DNA from: Deltaproteobacteria bacterium
GTDB lineage: Bacteria; Myxococcota_A; UBA796; GCA-2862545
NCBI GenBank assembly: GCA_006226595.1
Contig: SBGP01000043.1
Coordinates: 70,832-110,831, forward strand
Reading direction: 5' to 3'
Length of the DNA stretch: 40,000 nt
In this document: positions 8,060 through 14,592 of the stretch, piece after piece
Layout of the letters: every line of letters begins with the position of its first letter
Numbering within the stretch: the first letter of the stretch is position 1
Position numbers and translations under genes: made by a program
The notes under the pieces: model-generated
Database searches by the model: none
Told to the model about the DNA's origin: nothing
The model's input: the letters and a program-made list of their open reading frames with translations, nothing else

Positions 8060-9394
8060 CTACTGGGAGGTGCACTCGACCGAAAGCGCGAAGTTCCCAG
8101 CTGCGCCGTTCTTGCCATCTACGATCACTTGAAAGGTCCGTCCGGTGGTTCCGCCTATGACGGTCACCTCTTGGATGTCGGTGCCGACTTGGTCATAGGC
8201 GTCACAAGTGATCTGGGAACTGGACGTGCATCGGTCCGTCGTCGTGAGGACCCTGAGGGCCAGGTCGGCGCATGGGTGCTCCAGGGTCACGGATGCGGTC
8301 GTGTTGGCAGGGACCCAGAGTTCGTAGACTCGCTCAGGAGCCTCAAATGTGTCCGTCCAGGTATCACTGCCTCGACAAAACATGCTGTCATAGTCGTTGC
8401 CGTCGAACGAAGTCGAACCCCCGATGGTGGTCGCCAGCGCCAATGTGCCGCAGGCTAGTTGGCCGGTCAGGCAGGTCGAGCCCCCCCAGCCGGGGTTCGG
8501 GGTTGGGTTCGCGGGGGCGCACTGCTGAGGAGTGCCGCTCGACCACGCTGCGGCCGGAGCGCCACCGTCGCACGGGGACGTGGTGGGAGGCTCGCATCCC
8601 TCGATGCCGGGCACTTCGTATGCGCCGTCACCGTCACAGTCCGGGTACCAAGTGACCCAGGCATCCTCGCCGACGTCCCCGTCGCAGTCCGCATCGTAGC
8701 CGTCACACACGTCTGGAGTGGAATTCCCCGGAAAGCACGCCGCGCCACAGGTGCTCGGAGCATCGTCACAGTCGAGTCCTCCGCTTGCTGTGCTGGCATG
8801 TTGGTCCGCATCGGCGTCGACACCATCGAGGCCATCACAGTTCTGGTCCGTGGCGTCGCCGACTGTGTCGGTAGCGGACGGGTTGATGCCGGGCACGCTG
8901 TCGTTGCAGTCGTCGCCTCCGCTTGCCTCGCTGGCGTGAGAGTCCCGGTCGAGGTCCGTGCCGTCGATTCCGTCGCAGTTCTGATCGATGGCGTCGCCGA
9001 CGATGTCTGTTGCAGCCGGATTGAGTGCTGGGAGGGAATCGTCGCAGTCTCCCTGGTTCTCCGTGTAGCCGTCGTTGTCGTCGTCAGTGTCTGGGGAGCC
9101 TACAATCCCCGTGTCGGTGTCGGTGTCGGTGTCGGTGTCCGAATCGGTGTCGGTGTCCGAATCGGTGTCGGTGTCCGAATCGGTGTCGGTGTCCGAATCG
9201 GTGTCGGTGTCCGTATCCGTGTCACCTTCCGCGGAGCAGGCGGAGGCACCCTCGCAGTCGGGGTCGTCGCAATCGAACAGCCCGTCCGCATCGTTGTCGG
9301 CGTCGTCTGTGCACTCTCCAGGCTCATCGCCCTCGAGTTCACTTGGTCCACATCCGATGGCGAGCAGGAACAGCAGGGGTACGCAACGCATCAT
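8060..9394 (-). CDS. secreted lipoprotein with MopE-like Cys-rich putative metal-binding repeats, a TD/SD repeat and a C-terminal beta-sandwich (PPC-like) domain
   Basis: Signal peptide and lipobox 'MMRCVPLLFLLAIGCG'. The module 'DCDDS.P..NP.ATD.VGDA.DQNCDG.DG' occurs twice clearly, with a third, more divergent copy. The repeat reads 'TDTDTDTDSDTDTDSDTDTDSDTDTDSDTDTDTDTDT'. The C-terminus is 'YELWVPANTTASVTLEHPCADLALRVL...FQVIVDGKNGAAGNFALSVEC'. Confidence 0.85.
   Translation of the reverse strand: MMRCVPLLFLLAIGCGPSELEGDEPGECTDDADNDADGLFDCDDPDCEGASACSAEGDTDTDTDTDSDTDTDSDTDTDSDTDTDSDTDTDTDTDTGIVGSPDTDDDNDGYTENQGDCDDSLPALNPAATDIVGDAIDQNCDGIDGTDLDRDSHASEASGGDDCNDSVPGINPSATDTVGDATDQNCDGLDGVDADADQHASTASGGLDCDDAPSTCGAACFPGNSTPDVCDGYDADCDGDVGEDAWVTWYPDCDGDGAYEVPGIEGCEPPTTSPCDGGAPAAAWSSGTPQQCAPANPTPNPGWGGSTCLTGQLACGTLALATTIGGSTSFDGNDYDSMFCRGSDTWTDTFEAPERVYELWVPANTTASVTLEHPCADLALRVLTTTDRCTSSSQITCDAYDQVGTDIQEVTVIGGTTGRTFQVIVDGKNGAAGNFALSVECTSQ
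9111..9223. repeat. Tandem repeat inside the lipoprotein gene: 6-bp GTGTCG/GTATCC-type units organised as about 4 copies of an 18-bp unit 'gtgtccgaatcggtgtcg'
   Basis: Read directly from the sequence at 9111-9223. It encodes the (TD)n/(SD)n tract on the minus strand. Confidence 0.9.
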
Positions 9395-9450
9395 CTCTGG
9401 CTCCGGCGATGGCAGGGGATCAGTCTACCAGCCAACCTCAAGCTTTCGCA

Positions 9451-9531
9451 GCTGTACCCCCACGCGTGCCGAAGGACCCTCGGCGCTGTACCCGGGAGCG
9501 GTGTACCCCTTGCTCGAGTCTCGGGTACACC
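9451..9531. promoter_or_regulatory. Cluster of G[C/G]TGTACCC motifs upstream of the lipoprotein gene, including a perfect 9-bp inverted repeat
   Basis: GCTGTACCC occurs at 9451-9459 and 9485-9493. GGTGTACCC at 9500-9508 faces GGGTACACC at 9523-9531, with a 14-nt spacer that contains CTCGAG. The cluster lies 57-137 bp upstream of ATG 9394 on the minus strand. The sequence pattern is certain; the function is not. Confidence 0.4.
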
Positions 9532-9571
9532 TCGACAGAATGCGGTTCGACGGCGATCGGATGGAGTGTGG

Positions 9572-9913
9572 CTCCGCGGGGTACGCCCAGCGGGGGCGTA
9601 CGGAGCGCGTGGGAGGATCCGGCGAGTCCTCTCCACCGCTATCCAGCGGCCCGTATCCAGCGAGAACGCCCTCGGCAGCGTCATCCTGGGGTCCAGCGGA
9701 TAGCGGGATAGGAGCGCCTGCTCTGTTGCGCACCTGAGGCGTGCGTGACACCCCACCTCATGCCGGCTTGAAGGAACAGGTCTGCCTGAGTGGAGGTCGG
9801 GTAGTCCTATCTTCCTATCCATCTCCGCCGTTGAGCTCGTTCGGAGGGGCGTCTTCGATGGATAGGAGCGAATGGAGAGGGGCAAGGTGCTCCTCTCCAC
9901 TGCTATCCGAGCG
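9572..9913. repeat. Structured non-coding region: a GC hairpin plus two imperfect palindromes built from one ~20-nt half-site (TCCT[C/A]TCC..GCTATCC)
   Basis: Hairpin: CTCC 9572-9575 and GTACGCC 9581-9587 pair with GGCGTACGGAG 9595-9605. Half-site copies: A 9627-9649 'tcctctccaccgctatccagcgg'; C 9693-9715 (inverted) 'ccagcggatagcgggataggagc'; D 9858-9880 (inverted) 'gatggataggagcgaatggagagg'; B 9891-9913 'tcctctccactgctatccgagcg'. Further CTATCC cores lie at 9806-9820. The ORFs over this region translate to low-complexity junk. Confidence 0.6.
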
Positions 9914-10021
9914 TCCACGGCTCGCGCGTCGATGACCTCGATGAACACAGCATCATCGGCTCATTGTGGTTCGGCTGTGCCCCCCGGGCGACAATGGAGG
10001 TGCGACGACTAAAGGGGAGGT

Positions 10022-11041
10022 TTGCACCCAGACGACCGTTTCCGCTTCGAGGGACTCGACAAGCTGCAGGAGGACTTCCTCCAGCTCGACCTCGCCGAGG
10101 TCGACTACATACGCATCTACGAGCGGGACGACAGCAAGAGCGACTCGGCCTGCGAGCGCTTCAACTTCCATCCCAGCCAGCTGCACCTCGACGAGGAAGA
10201 GGCGGCGGAGATGGACCTGTCCATCGAGGACTACGCGGACGCGTTCTTCCCGAGCTTCGTCGCTTCGGTCCAGGAGCACGCCCGCGGCGGCAAGGCGAAA
10301 ATGCGGGTTCGGGCCTGCTGCCCGAAGGGCGTGGGTAGCGTGTGGACGCGCACCGTCACCTGCATCGACACGCTCGCCGACAGAGCCATCGTCATGCCGC
10401 CGCCGGTCGAGCCCGAGCCAGACCGCGACGAGCCGGAGGTCGGCGCGCTCACGGTGCCGCCGCCGGACCGCTCCGAGGAGGCCGAGGGCTTCTACTGGGT
10501 CGAGCTCGCGTACCGGAAGCTGATCGACCGGCAGCTCACCGCGACCGGCCGGCTCACCCAGCTGTACGACAACATCATCGTCCGGCTGGACAAGCGGCTC
10601 GACAAGTCCGAGGACCAGAACGAGAAGGTGATCACGGCGCTGCTCGACTACCGCGCCCTGGAAGCGGAGCGGGCCTTCGAGCACGCGGCGACCGAGGGCC
10701 GTGACGAGCTCGCTGCCCAGGTCGCGCACTCCGCGCTGGAGCAGATCGGCGGCGCCGCGCGCATGTACATGGCGGCGCAGACGGGGACGTCGCCCGAGCT
10801 CTTGGACCTGGTCGAGCTGGTCGGCCAGCACCCGAAGCTCGTCGAGACGTTGAAGCAGCCGGCGGTGCGAGAGCTGCTCCGCGACCCCGAGACCGTCGAG
10901 ATGATCTCGGTGCTCATCGAGCACACGGCCCAGGCCAGGGCGGCCGAGGCCGCGCAGCCCGCCGAGCCGACTTCCTCCGAAGGCCCGTCCGCCGACGGAC
11001 CGACCGACACCTCCGAGCCACCGGCCGGAGGCCCTCTCTAG
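10022..11041 (+). CDS. hypothetical protein, 339 aa (acidic, helical C-terminal half)
   Basis: Complete track ORF with a TTG start just after 'AAAGGGGAGG'. The spacing is short, so the start is uncertain. Composition is ordinary and no domain is recognised. Confidence 0.6.
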   Translation: MHPDDRFRFEGLDKLQEDFLQLDLAEVDYIRIYERDDSKSDSACERFNFHPSQLHLDEEEAAEMDLSIEDYADAFFPSFVASVQEHARGGKAKMRVRACCPKGVGSVWTRTVTCIDTLADRAIVMPPPVEPEPDRDEPEVGALTVPPPDRSEEAEGFYWVELAYRKLIDRQLTATGRLTQLYDNIIVRLDKRLDKSEDQNEKVITALLDYRALEAERAFEHAATEGRDELAAQVAHSALEQIGGAARMYMAAQTGTSPELLDLVELVGQHPKLVETLKQPAVRELLRDPETVEMISVLIEHTAQARAAEAAQPAEPTSSEGPSADGPTDTSEPPAGGPL

Positions 11042-11122
11042 GCGACCCGCCTCATCGGGCCACCGTGAGGGCGGCCCTCCACCCGAACTGCGTCGCATCC
11101 GCGGCGCGGAAAGGAGACTCGT

Positions 11123-11506
11123 ATGTCCAAGTCTCAGCGCCCTGGTGCGCTCACTCCCAGCCAGCAGGCCTCCGTCTTCTACGGCGATGCCTTCGATGTC
11201 CACGACGAGCAGGCCCGCGACCTGTCCGCCGGCGAGTGGTTCGAGAGCCACGCCTCGGACCAGCGCTTCGTGCTCGCTCACCTGCTGTTCCTGATGATCT
11301 TCGTCCTCGAGGGCATCCGACGGGTGCTCCTCGACCTGCGCGACCGTGCCGATGACGTCGTCACGCTGCTCGAGGTCGGGGAGGCCGCGAGCGAGCCCGA
11401 GGTGGACGAGCTGCCCGAGGAGGCCGTGGTCCCGCTGCCCGTCGAGCCCACGCCGGATGCCGACAACCGCGAGCCCGAGGGCGAGGACGACGGAGGTGCG
11501 GCATGA
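11123..11506 (+). CDS. hypothetical protein, 127 aa, with one hydrophobic segment and an acidic tail
   Basis: The ATG is preceded by 'GGAAAGGAGACTCGT'. Contains 'FVLAHLLFLMIFVLEGI'. The stop overlaps the next start. Confidence 0.6.
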   Translation: MSKSQRPGALTPSQQASVFYGDAFDVHDEQARDLSAGEWFESHASDQRFVLAHLLFLMIFVLEGIRRVLLDLRDRADDVVTLLEVGEAASEPEVDELPEEAVVPLPVEPTPDADNREPEGEDDGGAA

Positions 11507-11922
11507 GCCTGCGCTTCGAGCTCGCCGTCGAGCGACTGACCGCGAACCCGCTGTTCTTCACGATGCTGAAGGTGCCGCTCGGCAAGGTGCTGGAGCCCTG
11601 GCTCGAGGGAGGACCGACCCTCCAGGGCAAGGTGACCAGCTACCGACTCGTGCTCGAGGACGGGGAGGTGATGGCGCTCGACTTCGGGCCGCTCAGCCGC
11701 GTGCAGCTGGAGGTGGACGACGGCGAGGTGCTGGTGACGGTGCCGCGTGTGTTGGGGCCTTCGCTGCGGGCTGCGCTCGGGGCGGCGGAGCTGGTGCGCG
11801 GCACCGTGCGGTCGGTGACCTATGCGCCGCGGTGGCGGGCGGGCTCGACTGCTCTCCTGCCAACCAGTGGGTTGGGCGTGGCAGTCCGACTGACGCTGCT
11901 TGGGGCAGGTGGCGCATCATGA
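11503..11922 (+). CDS. hypothetical protein, 139 aa
   Basis: Complete track ORF with an ATGA overlap to the upstream gene. Confidence 0.55.
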   Translation: MSLRFELAVERLTANPLFFTMLKVPLGKVLEPWLEGGPTLQGKVTSYRLVLEDGEVMALDFGPLSRVQLEVDDGEVLVTVPRVLGPSLRAALGAAELVRGTVRSVTYAPRWRAGSTALLPTSGLGVAVRLTLLGAGGAS

Positions 11923-11971
11923 GACTGGGCCTTGAAGTCCTTGGCTCGCGGTGGGCGGGCGCAGGGTTTGG

Positions 11972-12463
11972 TCACCTGGGAGTACTTCTGCCCAGTCCAT
12001 GCCTCGACGGCGGGGGACGCTCGTCATCGTGCGGGCGGGGGAGTGGTTTCGGGGCTGACCTTGGCTTGGGGGCCCGTGCCGCCGCGATCGCCTCGCCGAG
12101 GCCGTCAGCTTTCCAGCGGTAGGTTCGACGAGACCGCCCAGAACCGACAACTGCGACGAGGTCCGGGCGGCGTTCATGGGCCTTCGATGCAACTTCGTCG
12201 AGCACGCCCCGGTCGACCCCGAGCACAGCTGCGGCCTCGAGCGTGGTCATCCACGACTTGGTGGGGCCGTGCAGCGCCTGGAGCACGTCTCCCCACACGA
12301 CGAACTCCTGCTCCCCCAGTCTGCGGACGAGCGAATGGTCATCCAAGAAGCATCGGATTGATTCTGCGTCCACGCCCAGCAGAAGGCTGACTTCCGAAGT
12401 GGTCACTGGGGCAGCGACTCCAAGTAGGAGTCGGGCCTCAAGCGTCGTCGTGGGAAGGTCCAT
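11972..12463 (-). CDS. DNA-binding protein with three tandem excisionase/MerR-like helix-turn-helix repeats, 163 aa
   Basis: Three internal repeats: 'TTTLEARLLLGV', 'TTSEVSLLLGVDAESIRCFL' and 'WMTTLEAAAVLGVDRGVLDEV'. The C-terminal tail is basic and Pro-rich. Confidence 0.6.
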   Translation of the reverse strand: MDLPTTTLEARLLLGVAAPVTTSEVSLLLGVDAESIRCFLDDHSLVRRLGEQEFVVWGDVLQALHGPTKSWMTTLEAAAVLGVDRGVLDEVASKAHERRPDLVAVVGSGRSRRTYRWKADGLGEAIAAARAPKPRSAPKPLPRPHDDERPPPSRHGLGRSTPR

Positions 12464-12478
12464 TGCGTCTCCTTCGAA

Positions 12479-12811
12479 TCAGAACGCGGTGGTCTTTGGG
12501 AACCGGATCTGCGGGGCTACACGACGGGTCTTCGACATCGCACCATCAGCTACGGCCGCCGCCAGGTCTCCTGCAATCACTCGTCCGCTTCCTCGTCGTG
12601 AGCGTCCCGGATGGTGGATGAGGCCACGTTCCTGGAGCCATTGCGTGCCCTCCGTGTCGCCCATGTTGAGCTCCCTCAGAGCCTCAGTCACCGTCAGCAC
12701 GTTGGCGGGTCCGAGTATCCTCGTGCGACGGGCGAGAAGCCGATTCAGTGTCCGGACCTCGGCGGTGAGAGCGGCTAGCTGCTCGACCAGCGAGAGCAGT
12801 GCAGTGACCAA
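12479..12811 (-). CDS. small putative DNA-binding (Xis/HTH-like) protein, 110 aa
   Basis: C-terminal part of track ORF 12479..13168. Its N-terminal 119 aa are S/T-rich junk that largely overlaps the EEP gene. Trimmed to the in-frame TTG at 12811, preceded by GGAGG. Contains the coiled segment 'LVEQLAALTAEVRTLNRLL' and 'NVLTVTEALRELNMGDTEGTQWLQERGLI'. Confidence 0.45.
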   Translation of the reverse strand: MVTALLSLVEQLAALTAEVRTLNRLLARRTRILGPANVLTVTEALRELNMGDTEGTQWLQERGLIHHPGRSRRGSGRVIAGDLAAAVADGAMSKTRRVAPQIRFPKTTAF

Positions 12812-12887
12812 AGGGCCTCCTCGGCGGGTACAGCATGATGTCCGTCGCGGTGTTGATCCTTTCTGCCGGCGACGGAGAGGGCCCGAG

Positions 12888-13532
12888 CTACTGCCGTTGG
12901 CGCTCGATGTCGATGACGATGGGACAGTGGTCCAGATTGTGGTGCTCGAAGAACTCCGTACGGTACTCGGCACGCACAACCCGCACAGCTCCCCGGATGA
13001 GGGCGTGGTCGATGTTCGAGCCCTCTTTGCTCCCGCGATTGAGGTAGCTGGGACCGCCTTCCGGGGTGACGAGGCTCCATCCCTCCAACCGTTGCCGGTC
13101 TCGCGGCTGGTTTCTGGAGGGGTCGATGTTGAGATCCCCGATGGCGACGTCGCCGTCCAGACGCTCACGCAACGCCGCCCAGTACCGAGTCCAGTCCTTG
13201 CCCTTGTAGTAGGGGGCGCGGAGTCCCGTAATCACTAGGCCGTTCCACTCCACGGATAAGAAGCCGGCGAGGGCGCAGGTATCGGGAACCGGGAGCAGCG
13301 CCGGGCGCGGGAACGGGCGCGAGCCGGATAGCGCAATCACCTGGTTGTTGAAGTAGCCTCGCCGGTACTCAATCTGCGGGCTGCACAGCGTGTGCCGCCA
13401 ACGAGCCTCGAGAGCGCTCCGGTACTCCCTGGTGTCGACGTACTCGGTCAGGAAGAAGAGGTCGCAGCCTAGGTTGGCGATGTCGTCGAGTAGCCGCTCC
13501 GCTACGGCTCGACGTCTGACCTGGTGCCCCAC
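12888..13532 (-). CDS. endonuclease/exonuclease/phosphatase (EEP) family protein, 214 aa; true start may be upstream
   Basis: EEP hallmarks in order: 'DLFFLTEY', 'VAIGDLNIDPS', 'GSNIDHALIRG' and 'DHCPIVIDI'. The frame stays open upstream ('LEVNVHRIGALNV') with the usual N-terminal beta-strand but without ATG/GTG/TTG, so the start is uncertain. Confidence 0.75.
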   Translation of the reverse strand: MGHQVRRRAVAERLLDDIANLGCDLFFLTEYVDTREYRSALEARWRHTLCSPQIEYRRGYFNNQVIALSGSRPFPRPALLPVPDTCALAGFLSVEWNGLVITGLRAPYYKGKDWTRYWAALRERLDGDVAIGDLNIDPSRNQPRDRQRLEGWSLVTPEGGPSYLNRGSKEGSNIDHALIRGAVRVVRAEYRTEFFEHHNLDHCPIVIDIERQRQ

Positions 13533-13584
13533 GTTGAGGGCACCGATGCGATGGACGTTGACTTCCAGGAACTCTCCCAGCGCC

Positions 13585-13872
13585 CTATCGCCGATGCGGG
13601 TGCATACGGGTCTGGGTGCTTTCGTTGAGCGCGAGCCATGGCTCGCCGCGGATCATGCGGATCTGGATGTCATATCCGTCGCCGTCGTCACGCTCTCGGA
13701 CGCTACCCTGCGCGGCGAGCTCGGACATCGGGAGTCGGAAGCTGCCGACGGCACGAACATTCCCGGATGCGTCGCGGTAGCTGAGCTCAAGGTCGAGGAC
13801 CTCGTCTCGTACACGAGTCGCGAAGTACCGGTCGGGCGCACCTCCCTTCGCGTTGATGGTCCAACGTCGCAT
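13585..13872 (-). CDS. hypothetical protein, 95 aa
   Basis: Track ORF 13585..13959 trimmed to 'MRRWTINAKGG...' (ATG 13872), preceded by GAAGGAG. It lies 11 nt downstream of the queC-like stop. Confidence 0.5.
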   Translation of the reverse strand: MRRWTINAKGGAPDRYFATRVRDEVLDLELSYRDASGNVRAVGSFRLPMSELAAQGSVRERDDGDGYDIQIRMIRGEPWLALNESTQTRMHPHRR

Positions 13873-13883
13873 CTGGCACTCCT

Positions 13884-14573
13884 TCACGCTTGGAAGGGCA
13901 ACTCTACCGTCGGGTGCCGGTCGGCGTACTCGCGAATGCCCTCGTTGCGAAGCAAGCACGCGGGACAGGAACGACAGCCCGCATGGGGAATGCCCTCGTA
14001 GCAGGTGATGGTCCGGTCGAGCAGGTACTCGAGCACTCCGTGCTCCGCCGCCAACTCGAGTGTGTCCACCTTGGTCATCGCCACCACAGGTGTGCGAATC
14101 TCAAACTCCGAGTCCCCGAAGTCCATGCGCAGAATCTGCTGCATCAGGTCCATGTACGCTCGCGAGCAGTCCCGGTACCCAGAGTTCGCGCTCTCGATTT
14201 CGATCACGCCCATGTAGATGCAGTGCGCGCCGAGGTGGTTGGCGTGGATGCCCGCGACACGAGCCATGAGGCCGTTTCGGCCCTGCACGAGTGTGTTCGG
14301 TGGAGAGCCGAGGGCGTGCTGGATGGCGATGCTCGAGTCCGTCAACGCGTTGACCGTGACCTCCGCCAGGCAGGTGATCGGAACGACCGTGTGGTCGACT
14401 CCCCACTTCTCGCAAATCTCCTGCGCTCGTTGGAGCTCGACGCTGTGCCGCTGCCCGTACCTGAACGACATGGAGAGGACGTGTTCGGCTCCGAACTCTC
14501 GGATGGCCACAGCGAGGCAGATCGAGGAGTCCATGCCTCCCGAGTGAACGACGACTGCGTGCTTCGGGGTCAT
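13884..14573 (-). CDS. queC: divergent QueC-family PP-loop ATPase (7-cyano-7-deazaguanine synthase paralog), 229 aa
   Basis: Track ORF trimmed to 'MTPKHAVVVHSGGMDSS' (SGGxDS PP-loop). Also 'FRYGQRH', 'GYRDCS' and the C-terminal Zn cluster 'CYEGIPHAGCRSCPACLLR'. It differs from the second copy at otherwise conserved stretches, for example 'LVQGRNGLM' against 'YVPARNTVF'. Confidence 0.85.
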   Translation of the reverse strand: MTPKHAVVVHSGGMDSSICLAVAIREFGAEHVLSMSFRYGQRHSVELQRAQEICEKWGVDHTVVPITCLAEVTVNALTDSSIAIQHALGSPPNTLVQGRNGLMARVAGIHANHLGAHCIYMGVIEIESANSGYRDCSRAYMDLMQQILRMDFGDSEFEIRTPVVAMTKVDTLELAAEHGVLEYLLDRTITCYEGIPHAGCRSCPACLLRNEGIREYADRHPTVELPFQA

Positions 14574-14592
14574 GACAGCTTCCACGATGGAG

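Noticed and set aside
9111-9223. Possible CRISPR-like or minisatellite array
   Set aside because: The units are 6/18 bp without spacers, lie inside a continuous ORF and encode a (TD/SD)n tract. This is a coding tandem repeat, not a CRISPR array.
9611-9650. tRNA 3'-end-like fragment ('ggatccggcgagtcctctccaccgct') as a possible att site remnant
   Set aside because: I could not build a T-arm with a canonical TTCGA/TTCAA loop or an acceptor stem, and there is no CCA context. The similarity is better explained by the repeated half-site family.
9395-11041. Retron (msr/msd plus reverse transcriptase) idea, prompted by the myxobacteria-like context and inverted repeats
   Set aside because: The adjacent 339-aa ORF has no RT motifs (no YxDD box) and no RT gene is nearby. 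The inverted repeats do not flank a unit in the a1/a2 manner.
9953-11281. 442-aa minus-strand ORF; also 24443..25546 (-), 25562..27013 (-), 30694..31326 (-) and 37650..38306 (-)
   Set aside because: These are shadow ORFs opposite better-supported genes (the 10022 operon, SNF2 helicase, P-loop protein, DEVH helicase). Their translations are degenerate and Arg/Pro-rich.
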